Below, one piece after another: positions 9,771-18,128 of a DNA stretch of 64,000 bases. Within the stretch, counting starts at the first letter, position 1. Each line of letters begins with the position of its first letter. Origin of the DNA: Armatimonadota bacterium (GTDB lineage Bacteria > Armatimonadota > Fimbriimonadia > Fimbriimonadales > GBS-DC); contig JBBIML010000006.1 in assembly GCA_037444405.1 (NCBI GenBank), forward strand, positions 1 to 64,000. Reading direction: 5' to 3'. Position numbers and translations under genes: made by a program. The notes beneath the pieces are model-generated. The model did no database searches. It saw only the letters and a list, made by a program, of their open reading frames with translations, and was not told the origin of the DNA.

Positions 9771-10954
9771 CCGTCCAGTCCCTCACACAGCAGCGCGTCG
9801 ACCTTCTGCAGGGCGCGCTGAACCGCCTGCTCGGTTCCCTGCGGGTCGGCGGTGCGGTGAATGCTCCCCCGAATGGTGCCGCCGCCGACCACCGTCTCGC
9901 CCCGATAGAAGACCGCGATCTGCCCTGGCGTGATGGCGCGCACGGGCTGGTCAAACACCACACGCGCCGTGTCGGGCGCATCGCCAGGGTAGACCCACGC
10001 GGGCGCCGCAGGCGCATTATACCGAATCTTCACCATCGCCTTCAACGGTTCCTGCAACGCGGGGATACTACTCCAGCAGATTTGCTCCACCACCATCTCG
10101 CGCTCGTAGAGCTGGTCCTCGGTGCCCACGATAATCGCATTCTCTTCAGGCACGATTCGCAGCACATAGAGCGGCACCGGCGAGAAGAGGTTCAGTCGCC
10201 GCCGCTGTCCGACGGTGTAGAGCGCGATGCCGTTGTGGGTGCCCAGCACACGCCCGTGCACATCGCGGATCTCGCCCGGCTGGAAGGCATCGGGCGTAAT
10301 CTCGCGCAGGAACTGATGGTAGCCGCCCGCGTGCGCCACGAAGCAGATTTCCTGGCTGTCGGGCTTGTTCGCGGTCCACAGCCCCAGCTCGGCGGCGATC
10401 CGGCGCGTCTGCTCCTTGCTGGGCATCGTGCCCAGCGGGAACAGCGTGCGCGCCAGCTGCTCCTGCGTGAGCATATACAGCACATAGGACTGATCCTTGT
10501 GCTTATCGCGGGCGCGGAGCAGGTTCCAGCGGCGCGTGCGCGGGTTGAACCGCACGCGAGCGTAGTGCCCGGTGGCGATATAGTCGCAGCCCAGCTCGTC
10601 CGCCTTCTTCAGGAGCGCGTCGAACTTCACGAAGCGGTTGCACTGCACGCACGGGTTCGGCGTGCGCCCGCTGCGGTACTCATGCACGAAGTCGCGGATC
10701 ACGGTGTCGGCGAAGATTCGGCGGAAGTTCAGCACATAGTGCGGGATGCCGAGCCGGCGCGCCACTCGCCGCGCGTCCTCCACCGCGCCCAGCGAGCAAC
10801 AGCCTCCATGTCGGGGGTCGGGATGCGACTCCTGCCAAATCTGCATGGTGACGCCAATCACTTCGTACCCACGCCTCTGCAGAAGCGCTGCGGCAACCGA
10901 GCTGTCCACACCCCCGCTCATCGCCACCAGCACTGTGCCCCGCTTGCGTGCCAT
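9767..10954 (-). CDS. mnmA: tRNA 2-thiouridine(34) synthase
   Basis: AMSGGVDSS, TPNPCVQCN, ATGHY, KDQSY, DSQEICF, TPGQ. Confidence 0.96.
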   Translation of the reverse strand: MARKRGTVLVAMSGGVDSSVAAALLQRRGYEVIGVTMQIWQESHPDPRHGGCCSLGAVEDARRVARRLGIPHYVLNFRRIFADTVIRDFVHEYRSGRTPNPCVQCNRFVKFDALLKKADELGCDYIATGHYARVRFNPRTRRWNLLRARDKHKDQSYVLYMLTQEQLARTLFPLGTMPSKEQTRRIAAELGLWTANKPDSQEICFVAHAGGYHQFLREITPDAFQPGEIRDVHGRVLGTHNGIALYTVGQRRRLNLFSPVPLYVLRIVPEENAIIVGTEDQLYEREMVVEQICWSSIPALQEPLKAMVKIRYNAPAAPAWVYPGDAPDTARVVFDQPVRAITPGQIAVFYRGETVVGGGTIRGSIHRTADPQGTEQAVQRALQKVDALLCEGLDG

Positions 10955-11035
10955 CGCTCTAAATAGTACCCGAAGCGCGGCGGGTCAGTTCCTGTCAGGC
11001 ATAAAGATTGCTATTGGGTATAATCGGGGCGGATT

Positions 11036-11788
11036 GTGAAAATGGGCACGAAGTCGCCGAGCGAGAGCGTACCCATCTGGCAGCGTCGGGACGACGGGCG
11101 ACGCCGCTATGTGCGCGAGATGTTTGCCCGAATCGCTCCCCGCTACGACCTGTTGAACACACTGTTGAGCCTCGCGCTCCATCACCGCTGGCGCCAGCGT
11201 GTGGTGCAGATGCTGGAGCTCAAACCGACTGCCCGCGTGCTGGATGTCTGCACGGGCACGGGCGACCTGGCAATCCAGCTTGCCCGCCATCTCGGTCCAG
11301 CGGGCGAGGTGGTCGCGCTCGATTTTTGCGAGCCGATGCTGCAGCGCGCCCGCCGCAAAGCCCATCGCCAGGGGCTGAACCATATCCGCTATGTGCTGGC
11401 GGACGCGCTGCAGCTCCCGTTCGCCGATCAGTGCTTCGATGCGGTGACCATCGCCTTCGGACTGCGCAACCTGATCGATAAGCCCGCGGCGCTTCGGGAG
11501 ATGGCGCGCGTGCTGAAACCGGGTGGGCGTGTGGCGGTGCTGGAACTCACGCGCCCGTTGCAGGCGCCCACCCGCCTGCTGTATGACCTCTATGTCCTGC
11601 GGCTGCTGCCCCGTATCGGGCGCTGGCTCAGCCACGCCGACGCCTACCTCTATCTGCCGATGTCCATCCAGCACGATGACGAGCGGGCAACCATCGCCGA
11701 GTGGATACAGCAGGCAGGCTTTAGCCATGTATGTTATTTCGACCTGACGCTCGGTGTCGTATGCGTCTATATCGGGGTCAAACGATGA
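11036..11788 (+). CDS. menG: Demethylmenaquinone/ubiquinone methyltransferase (UbiE/MenG)
   Basis: VREMFARIAPRYDLLN, LDVCTGTGD, AFGLRN, RVLKPGG. Confidence 0.9.
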   Translation: MKMGTKSPSESVPIWQRRDDGRRRYVREMFARIAPRYDLLNTLLSLALHHRWRQRVVQMLELKPTARVLDVCTGTGDLAIQLARHLGPAGEVVALDFCEPMLQRARRKAHRQGLNHIRYVLADALQLPFADQCFDAVTIAFGLRNLIDKPAALREMARVLKPGGRVAVLELTRPLQAPTRLLYDLYVLRLLPRIGRWLSHADAYLYLPMSIQHDDERATIAEWIQQAGFSHVCYFDLTLGVVCVYIGVKR

Positions 11789-12825
11789 GCTCGATCGATG
11801 TGCAACGGCAACTGATTACGGTTCCAGCCCTGCTGACGCCCATCCGCGCGGAGCTGGATGCCGTCGAAGCGTTCCTGCAAGCGCAAGCAGACACCAGCAT
11901 TCCGCAGTTCAGCGAGCTGACGCGCCACCTGCTGTCGGCAGGCGGCAAGCGGTTGCGCCCCGCGCTGGTCATCCTGAGCGCGTATGCCGCCTCGCCCGAA
12001 CAGTTCCACGAACGCTATCGCAACGGGGCAAGCGACGCCACCGCCCGCCTCATCACTATCGCCGCCTGCATGGAGATGATCCACATGGCGACGCTCATCC
12101 ACGACGATGTGATCGACGAGACCTTCCTGCGGCGCGGTCAGCCCACCGTGAACGCCCTCTACGGCAACCTCGCCACTGTGCTGTCGGGCGATTACATTCT
12201 GGCGCGCGCGATGCGCCACCTGGCGATGGATGGCGACCTGCGCATCATTCGCCAGGTCGCCCACATCACCACCGCGATGAGCGAGGGTGAGGTGCAGGAG
12301 GTGTTCCTGCGCCGACGGCTCGATTTAAGTGAACAGGACTATCTGCAGGTGGTACGCCACAAAACCGCCGCCTTTATCGCGGGCTGCTGCACGATCGGCG
12401 GCTACCTGGTCGATGCCGATGCCGGGACGCTCCAGACGCTCGAATCGTTCGGCTCCTATCTGGGGGTTGCCTTCCAGATTGTGGACGACCTGCTCGATTA
12501 TGTGGGCGATTCACAGATGACGGGCAAGCCGAACGGCACCGACTTTCGAGAAGGATGCGCGACACTGCCGCTCATTCACTTTTATGCGCATGCGCCAGAA
12601 CCCCTGCGGCTTGCGCTCCAGGCGGAGTTCGGCACGGCTATAGAACCCGACCGATTCGCCTTCTATAGAGAACAGATGCGCCTCACCGGCAGTCTAAGGT
12701 ATGCAGAGGAGGTCGCCGAGCGCTATCGCCAGAAGGCGCTGGAGCAGCTGCAGCGGCTGACCCCCTCACCTGCCCGGCAGACGCTGGAGGAGGTGGCACG
12801 ATTCATCACGGAGCGCAAGTATTGA
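11785..12825 (+). CDS. Polyprenyl diphosphate synthase
   Basis: GGKRLRP, HDDVID (FARM), FQIVDDLLD (SARM). Overlaps menG. Confidence 0.92.
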   Translation: MSSIDVQRQLITVPALLTPIRAELDAVEAFLQAQADTSIPQFSELTRHLLSAGGKRLRPALVILSAYAASPEQFHERYRNGASDATARLITIAACMEMIHMATLIHDDVIDETFLRRGQPTVNALYGNLATVLSGDYILARAMRHLAMDGDLRIIRQVAHITTAMSEGEVQEVFLRRRLDLSEQDYLQVVRHKTAAFIAGCCTIGGYLVDADAGTLQTLESFGSYLGVAFQIVDDLLDYVGDSQMTGKPNGTDFREGCATLPLIHFYAHAPEPLRLALQAEFGTAIEPDRFAFYREQMRLTGSLRYAEEVAERYRQKALEQLQRLTPSPARQTLEEVARFITERKY

Positions 12826-13676
12826 TGGCGGAGCGTGCGCCCGAAAAAGTGACGGGACTGGCAAGGCGATTCCGGGCGTTCATTTTTGACCTGGATGGCG
12901 TCGTCTATCGCGGCAGCCAGCCGTTGCCGCACGCCATCGAGACCATCAACCTGCTGATGGCGGACGGGCGCGAGGTGTTCTTCGTGACGAACAACTCAGG
13001 CGCGACGCGCCAGCAGTACGCGGAGCGCCTGCAACAGATGGGACTGCCCGTCGGAGCCGACCGCGTTCTCACCTCTGGCTGGGCGACCGCTCACTATCTG
13101 CGGCAGCAGATGCCGCGCGCCCGCCTGATGGTCGTCGGCGAGCCGGGCTTGAAAGAGGAACTGCAATCGGCGGGCTTCCCCATCGTGGACGACCCCGAAA
13201 AGCAGCGACCGACCGCTGTGGTGGTCGGAATCGATCGGGAGTTCAGCTATCAGCGTCTGGCTCAGGCGCAGTGGGCGATTCTGCAGGGCGCCGCCTTCAT
13301 CGCCACCAACACCGACGCCACCTATCCCGCCGAAGATCGGCTCCTGCCGGGCGCAGGCAGCATCGTGGCGGCTATCAGCGTCGCCACGGGCAGGCAGCCT
13401 ATCGTGATGGGCAAGCCCAACCCGCGCATCCTGCTGCCCCTGCTGGACGAACACCGCATCCCGCTCGATAGCACCCTCATGGTCGGCGACCGGCTGGAGA
13501 CCGACATCGCGCTGGCGCACGCTCTACATCTGCCCAGCGCCCTGGTGCTGACAGGCGTCACGCGGCGCGAAGACCTCGAACACGCCCCTATCGACCTGTT
13601 GCCCCACTGGGTGCTGAACGATCTGAGCGACCTGCTGGGCGACCCGGTGGAGCTGCTCTTGATTCGCACGGAGTGA
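12825..13676 (+). CDS. HAD-IIA hydrolase (NagD-like)
   Basis: FDLDGV, VTNNS, GKP, VGDRLETDI, VLTGV. Confidence 0.92.
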   Translation: MAERAPEKVTGLARRFRAFIFDLDGVVYRGSQPLPHAIETINLLMADGREVFFVTNNSGATRQQYAERLQQMGLPVGADRVLTSGWATAHYLRQQMPRARLMVVGEPGLKEELQSAGFPIVDDPEKQRPTAVVVGIDREFSYQRLAQAQWAILQGAAFIATNTDATYPAEDRLLPGAGSIVAAISVATGRQPIVMGKPNPRILLPLLDEHRIPLDSTLMVGDRLETDIALAHALHLPSALVLTGVTRREDLEHAPIDLLPHWVLNDLSDLLGDPVELLLIRTE

Positions 13677-13703
13677 ATGGGGTATAATCGATGTCGCTCG
13701 GGT

Positions 13704-13779
13704 GGGGCGGTAGCTCAGCTGGGAGAGCGCTAGAATCGCACTCTAGAGGTCGGGGGTTCGAATCCCCTCCGCTCCACCA
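13704..13779 (+). tRNA. tRNA-Ala(CGC), copy 1 (attL)
   Basis: 76-nt cloverleaf, G3:U70, anticodon CGC, encoded CCA. GGTATAAT at 13681-13688. Confidence 0.97.
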
Positions 13780-14007
13780 TACGCTATATTGCTCGCGTTC
13801 GCCTCGACACCACCACATGTAGTAGTCCTGCAGCTCCCGAATCTTCTCGAAAACGCCGATTCTAAGGCTCTCAGAGAAGACTCCTGCCTGTTGTAGGGTC
13901 AGGCTCCCGATTTTTCACTGCAGGGTATCGCAGGGGCACTTCGGCAGGATTCTGTGGCACTCTGGTGTATACTTATCCTGCGTGTCGCGCCCGTACCGCG
14001 ATACGCC

Positions 14008-14043
14008 ATGCCAGCGGGTAGTGCGCTACCCGCTGGCATTTTT
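14008..14043 (+). terminator. Intrinsic terminator-like hairpin
   Basis: Perfect 14-bp stem ATGCCAGCGGGTAG/CTACCCGCTGGCAT followed by a T-run. Confidence 0.7.
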
Positions 14044-14202
14044 ATTGTACCCCTCACTGCACGCGATTCCTGCCATAAACCGCCTGATTCAGGGCAATAT
14101 AATCCCCCATACTGCTGGTTCCGCTTCCACAAAGTGGCGCGAAAGCGCCCCTGTACTCCCCCGAAGGGCAGCAGAGGGGCGCATGCTGGCGCATGGCAGG
14201 GC

Positions 14203-14814
14203 TTACTGCTGGGTTTCGCGCGTGAGGTAGCGGCGCTCGACAGAAAGGTATGCGCGTATGGCAGGTAGCAAGCCTTCACCCTCGCGAAGCGCCTGCTGGG
14301 CGAGCGCGATGCTCTTACTATCGCCTTCAGCAACCCCCTTCAGCAGGGGGTCCAGATTGGCGATAGCCTGTTGAACGGTTTCGAGTTCGCGACGGAGTCG
14401 GCTCGTACGGTTATCTATGGCGTAAGCAATCTGCTCACCGTAGGGCGCTTTCTCCACACGCCAATAAGCCAGTTCGGTTTCGTTGCCAACGCCGAGCGAG
14501 AGATACTCTCGCTGGAGTGGCTCCAGCTTGCGCCAAGCGTTTTCGAGCGCCTCTATCGCGGGCACGAGCTTGGCGCGTATCGCCTCGCGCTGGCGCTCTA
14601 CCGCTTCCATATCAGCGCGAATCTGCTCTGCAACGGCTTCAGCACGCCGTTTCAGATTCAGGAGAATCTCGTACGGAATCTGTCGCTCCCGAATCTGGGC
14701 GGTCAGCAGGGCGTCCTTATCGCCCTGAAACAGCGCGGTATCGATACGCTTTGGCAGCTCGCGCCATTCAGTGCGAAGTTTCTCTCCAGTTGCAGTCAGC
14801 GTCTTCAGGGTCAT
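14203..14814 (-). CDS. Hypothetical coiled-coil protein (last gene of the element operon)
   Basis: AAGGAGG RBS, ATGA overlap with the upstream gene, helical E/R/A/L-rich sequence. Confidence 0.8.
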   Translation of the reverse strand: MTLKTLTATGEKLRTEWRELPKRIDTALFQGDKDALLTAQIRERQIPYEILLNLKRRAEAVAEQIRADMEAVERQREAIRAKLVPAIEALENAWRKLEPLQREYLSLGVGNETELAYWRVEKAPYGEQIAYAIDNRTSRLRRELETVQQAIANLDPLLKGVAEGDSKSIALAQQALREGEGLLPAIRAYLSVERRYLTRETQQ

Positions 14815-15176
14815 GGTTCAACCTCCTTATGGTGTGTTGGAGTTTGTGGAGGGCGTTTCAGCACCTCCAGAATCTGCTTCCAATCTGCAGGTGTCCACAG
14901 GTAGACCTCTACCCCAGCACAGGTAGCGAGCGTGTCCAGCCATGCCCGCTGATGGGGCGATGGGCGCTTGCCCTCCTGTTTCAGCTCGGCGAATATCACG
15001 CGCCCCTGCCTCGCCATTACAAGGTCGGGGAAGCCCACATCGCCTTGCACAGGCGTCAGCCAGCGCCCGCGCTGGTTCAGTGCGGGGCGCGTGTGGTGGA
15101 CTCGCCAGCCAAAAAGGCGAGCGGTCGCCACTACCGCTCGCTGAAAGCCCCGTTCAGTAATCGGCGATCTCTGCAT
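14811..15176 (-). CDS. VRR-NUC domain nuclease (Holliday-junction resolvase-like)
   Basis: TE..FQ..V, GFPDL, FAELK, 'PSPHQRAW' PD-(D/E)xK signature. GGAGAGG RBS. Confidence 0.88.
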   Translation of the reverse strand: MQRSPITERGFQRAVVATARLFGWRVHHTRPALNQRGRWLTPVQGDVGFPDLVMARQGRVIFAELKQEGKRPSPHQRAWLDTLATCAGVEVYLWTPADWKQILEVLKRPPQTPTHHKEVEP

Positions 15177-15384
15177 GGGCGTTAACCTCTCCAACGATTC
15201 GGAGCTTGGCGAGAGTTCGCCCAAAGTCGCCCTTCAGAGCGAAGCGACGGCGGGTTTTCCCGTGCGCGACGGTCAGCACCAGCTCGCCGTCGCGCTGTTC
15301 GAGGTCAGCAGTGAAGTCGCCCTCGAAGTGGACAGCGCGGGTATTGCCGACATAGACGGTCAAGCTATTCGGGCGTTGGGTCAT
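15154..15384 (-). CDS. Small hypothetical protein
   Basis: GAGG RBS, overlaps both neighbours, beta-rich 76 aa. Confidence 0.7.
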   Translation of the reverse strand: MTQRPNSLTVYVGNTRAVHFEGDFTADLEQRDGELVLTVAHGKTRRRFALKGDFGRTLAKLRIVGEVNAHAEIADY

Positions 15385-15743
15385 GCGTCCTCACCTCCAG
15401 CAGGTATCAGGTCTTCTATCGCGTTGAACTCGGCTCCGTCGTCTTTCCGCTTGCGCACGACAGTGGCGAGGGCGGTCTTACCCACCAGCGCGTCAAAGTT
15501 GACCTGCTCGCCCGCCTTGATGGGGCGTCCGAGCAAGGCGCTTGCCCAGCGCATGCATTTACTTGCGAGGCTGGGCGAGAGGGTAGAGTACGCCACCAGC
15601 GTCTTGCCGTGTTCGTGAACCGCGAAAGTCCAGCGCAGTTGCTGTCCATACTGCCCGTCTACCAGTTCAATCGCGGTGAGCTCGACACGATACTCGCCAG
15701 TGGGCAGGGGTGTGTTCTCGGTCGCGGTAATGGTGATGGACAT
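15381..15743 (-). CDS. Phage-type ssDNA-binding protein-like (DUF669-like OB fold)
   Basis: 'PLPTGEY', 'LVGK...V', 'FNAI..LIP' pattern, acidic tail, GGAGG RBS. Confidence 0.6.
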   Translation of the reverse strand: MSITITATENTPLPTGEYRVELTAIELVDGQYGQQLRWTFAVHEHGKTLVAYSTLSPSLASKCMRWASALLGRPIKAGEQVNFDALVGKTALATVVRKRKDDGAEFNAIEDLIPAGGEDA

Positions 15744-15746
15744 GGT

Positions 15747-15950
15747 TTATGCCTCCCACAGCGGAAGTTGTGGAAATTGCGGGGCAGGCAAACCTCGCCC
15801 ACAGCTGTTTTTCAGTCGCCTTCGTCTTCTCGTTGCCCCGACAGGTGAACCTGTCGGGCGCGAATCGGGGAACAGGGGTTCTGGGGCGTCGATAGGAAAA
15901 GCGCCCAGTTCCTCTATCAGCCTCTGCATCAGCGCATCCCCTTCCAGCAT
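15747..15950 (-). CDS. Short ORF, probably the out-of-frame C-terminal extension of Rep
   Basis: Frame is open from 16052, no clear RBS, and it joins Rep in frame if one octamer is removed. Confidence 0.45.
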   Translation of the reverse strand: MLEGDALMQRLIEELGAFPIDAPEPLFPDSRPTGSPVGATRRRRRLKNSCGRGLPAPQFPQLPLWEA

Positions 15951-16030
15951 AACGCCTGAATCTTCTCGCGCGTTAGAGGGAGATTCGGGAGGTTGTGGAG
16001 CAGGGTTCAGCTCCTGCCGAGAGTCGGCAG

Positions 16031-16102
16031 ATTCGTCTATTCGTCTATTCGTCTATTCGTCTCTTCTCTTAAGGGAGTAGACGAATAGACGAATAGACAA
16101 AA
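16031..16102. repeat. Inverted octamer array (candidate iterons/origin)
   Basis: ATTCGTCT x4, a 16-nt core with central TTAA, then AGACGAAT x2 + AGACAAAA. Confidence 0.85.
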
Positions 16103-17557
16103 GCGATAAGGGTCGCCTTTGGAACCCGTTCCCTCGCGAGAGAGGATTCCTTGAGCGTACAGTTCCTGCAACGCCCTATAAACAGTGGGGCGTGCCAGAG
16201 CGTTATCCGTATCCGCAAGGTACTCGCGTACCTCGTCTACAGTGGCTTCTCTCAGCGCCTCCATCGCTTCCAGCACCTTCGCCTTCGCGTCCGCTTGCTT
16301 CTGCTCGCTCAGCACTTCGCTGGCAATCCCCTTGACGGCGTAGGTGGAACCGTCTTCAGAGAGTTCCAGCACCAGCGGGTCAGGCGTGGACGCCCACAGG
16401 CGTCCTGCGAGGGGAACCAGCACACGCTGGCGCTTATTCGCAGCGACGGGCAGAAGCGCAATCACGGTGTCCGCTTCTGCTACGAAGGCGTGGGAACCTG
16501 CAATATCCGCAATCTCCACATCGCGCGAGAAGTTCTTTCTGGTGTGATGCACCAGAATTATCGCTGTGCGGGGGAGTCTGCGGGAAAGGTCGACAAACGG
16601 CGCCAGCGCCTCTGCCACCGAAGCCGAGTCGTTTTCATCCTTCGCGTGCAGGAACCGCCTTATGGTGTCCACAACCACAACATCAGGCTGAATCTGCTCT
16701 ATTGCCCGCGCCCACCTGTACGGGTTCGCGCGGGGGATGGCGTTTACAAGCAGATTCGGACTGGCAAGCTCGGGGAACCGCTCCAAGCGCAGTTTCCAAG
16801 CGGCGCGAGGTTCTTCAGTGAGGTAGACAATCTTCAGCCCCATCTGAAGCCACCACCGCAGGGAATGCACCATCACCGTCGTCTTTCCCCCACCTTTGGG
16901 CGAGGCGCCGAAGAGCGTTATCGTGCCCCGCGCTATCAGCCCGTCCACACCCAGAAACGGCAGGAACTCCACCTGCCCCGGGTCAGCAGCAAGCCACTCA
17001 GCGAGGGGCACAATCAAATCGTCCTCTGAATCCCCCGCCGATGGAACTGCGCAATCGCGCAACATATTAATGGCGTTGCGCACCTGCACGCTTTCCAGCG
17101 CCTCGGGCAGGCTGTCGGGGTTATTGTAAATCTGGCTGGCAATTGACCGAATCTGCTCACGGGCATACGCGCGACGGACTTCACGAGCATAGTGGGACGC
17201 CATCGCGGGGTAGGACGCCTGTTCCGCCAGAATCGCCAGCTCAGCCCGTTCCATGCCCCCAGCGCTGGCAATCATCTCCAGCGTGGTAGGGTCAGGTGGC
17301 AGATTCTGCTCCGCTACCTGCTCCAGCGCGTGTAGAATCTCGCCGTAGCGGTTGGGCAGGGGTACGCCGTCAATCAGTGGCTTCACTTCGTCAAGGCGTT
17401 CGCGAAGTGCCTCCGTCCCATCCAGAAACGCCTGAAGAAGGCAGCCGATTAGCCCATGCGCCGATTCGCGTAGGGTATAATAGGGGCGCTGGGTTTCGGA
17501 GCTTTGCCTCCCGCCGTGTCGGCTGGCACGGCGGGGGGTTTCGTTGTTCCTCATCAT
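16037..17557 (-). CDS. Replication protein: DnaB-N-like domain + RecA-like AAA (AAA_25/RepA helicase type) + C-terminal wHTH
   Basis: 'LIGCLL...HYAREVR' DnaB-N pattern, Walker A GASPKGGGKTT, Walker B VVVVD, IILVHHTRK, AGS, C-terminal 'TVYRALQEL...GTGSKGDPYR'. Confidence 0.82.
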   Translation of the reverse strand: MMRNNETPRRASRHGGRQSSETQRPYYTLRESAHGLIGCLLQAFLDGTEALRERLDEVKPLIDGVPLPNRYGEILHALEQVAEQNLPPDPTTLEMIASAGGMERAELAILAEQASYPAMASHYAREVRRAYAREQIRSIASQIYNNPDSLPEALESVQVRNAINMLRDCAVPSAGDSEDDLIVPLAEWLAADPGQVEFLPFLGVDGLIARGTITLFGASPKGGGKTTVMVHSLRWWLQMGLKIVYLTEEPRAAWKLRLERFPELASPNLLVNAIPRANPYRWARAIEQIQPDVVVVDTIRRFLHAKDENDSASVAEALAPFVDLSRRLPRTAIILVHHTRKNFSRDVEIADIAGSHAFVAEADTVIALLPVAANKRQRVLVPLAGRLWASTPDPLVLELSEDGSTYAVKGIASEVLSEQKQADAKAKVLEAMEALREATVDEVREYLADTDNALARPTVYRALQELYAQGILSREGTGSKGDPYRFCLFVYSSTPLREETNRRIDE

Positions 17558-17778
17558 GTTCTCTCACCTCCTTGTGTTTCGAGGTCGCCCCAGAGTTCAT
17601 CGTATGGGACTCCGAGCGCGTCAGCGATTCGTTGCCGTGTGGCACGCCTCGCGGGCGGGATACCCCAGCGCTCGGCAAGCCACAGCGTATGATGGGAAAC
17701 TTTGGCACGCTTTGCCACCACAAGGGCGGGAAGCCTGCGCTCTTTGCGGAGCTGTGCGAGCTTCTCAGAGAAAGTCAT
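17554..17778 (-). CDS. Cro/CI-type HTH regulator
   Basis: MTFSEKLAQLRKER...VAKRAKVS...AE...RIADALGV. GGAGG RBS. Confidence 0.85.
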   Translation of the reverse strand: MTFSEKLAQLRKERRLPALVVAKRAKVSHHTLWLAERWGIPPARRATRQRIADALGVPYDELWGDLETQGGERT

Positions 17779-17844
17779 GCGAGGGAACACCTCCGTTAGG
17801 CAGGGATTGTATAGGGGTGGGAGCGGATTGCTCCCGACGCCCCT

Positions 17845-17874
17845 ATTATACCTGATGTTGTTTCGTCTTGTCAA
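17845..17874 (-). promoter_or_regulatory. Consensus sigma70 promoter of the HTH-rep operon
   Basis: TTGACA-18 nt-TATAAT, followed by a leader hairpin at ~17811-17845. Confidence 0.85.
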
Positions 17875-18128
17875 GGGTTGCCCTCCATGATGTAAGATTC
17901 GAGGCACTCTCCAAGATTCGCCTCGTGGTGGGCAGCCGTCAGCCGAATCGCTCGCAGAAGCACCGCCACCTCGTTCAGAGTTTCCTGTAGCGCGATGGGG
18001 TTGCGGCTGTGTTGCACCGCCTTGATGCGCTCCAGCGCCATCTGTGCGAGCGTGTTGATATCGCGGTTCACTTCCACCTCTGTTCGAATCACCTCGTAAG
18101 CGTGCCTCAGCTCCAGTTTCGGGTTCAC
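17871..18128 (-). CDS. Small helical hypothetical protein coupled to the integrase
   Basis: GTGA overlap with the integrase stop and a purine-rich RBS. Confidence 0.7.
   Translation of the reverse strand: MNPKLELRHAYEVIRTEVEVNRDINTLAQMALERIKAVQHSRNPIALQETLNEVAVLLRAIRLTAAHHEANLGECLESYIMEGNP

Noticed and set aside
13899..14039. 46-aa ORF (MPAGSALPAG...) as a type I toxin
   Set aside because: It is not hydrophobic, has no RBS, the -10 to ATG spacing is only 4 nt, and the sequence mostly reflects the hairpins.
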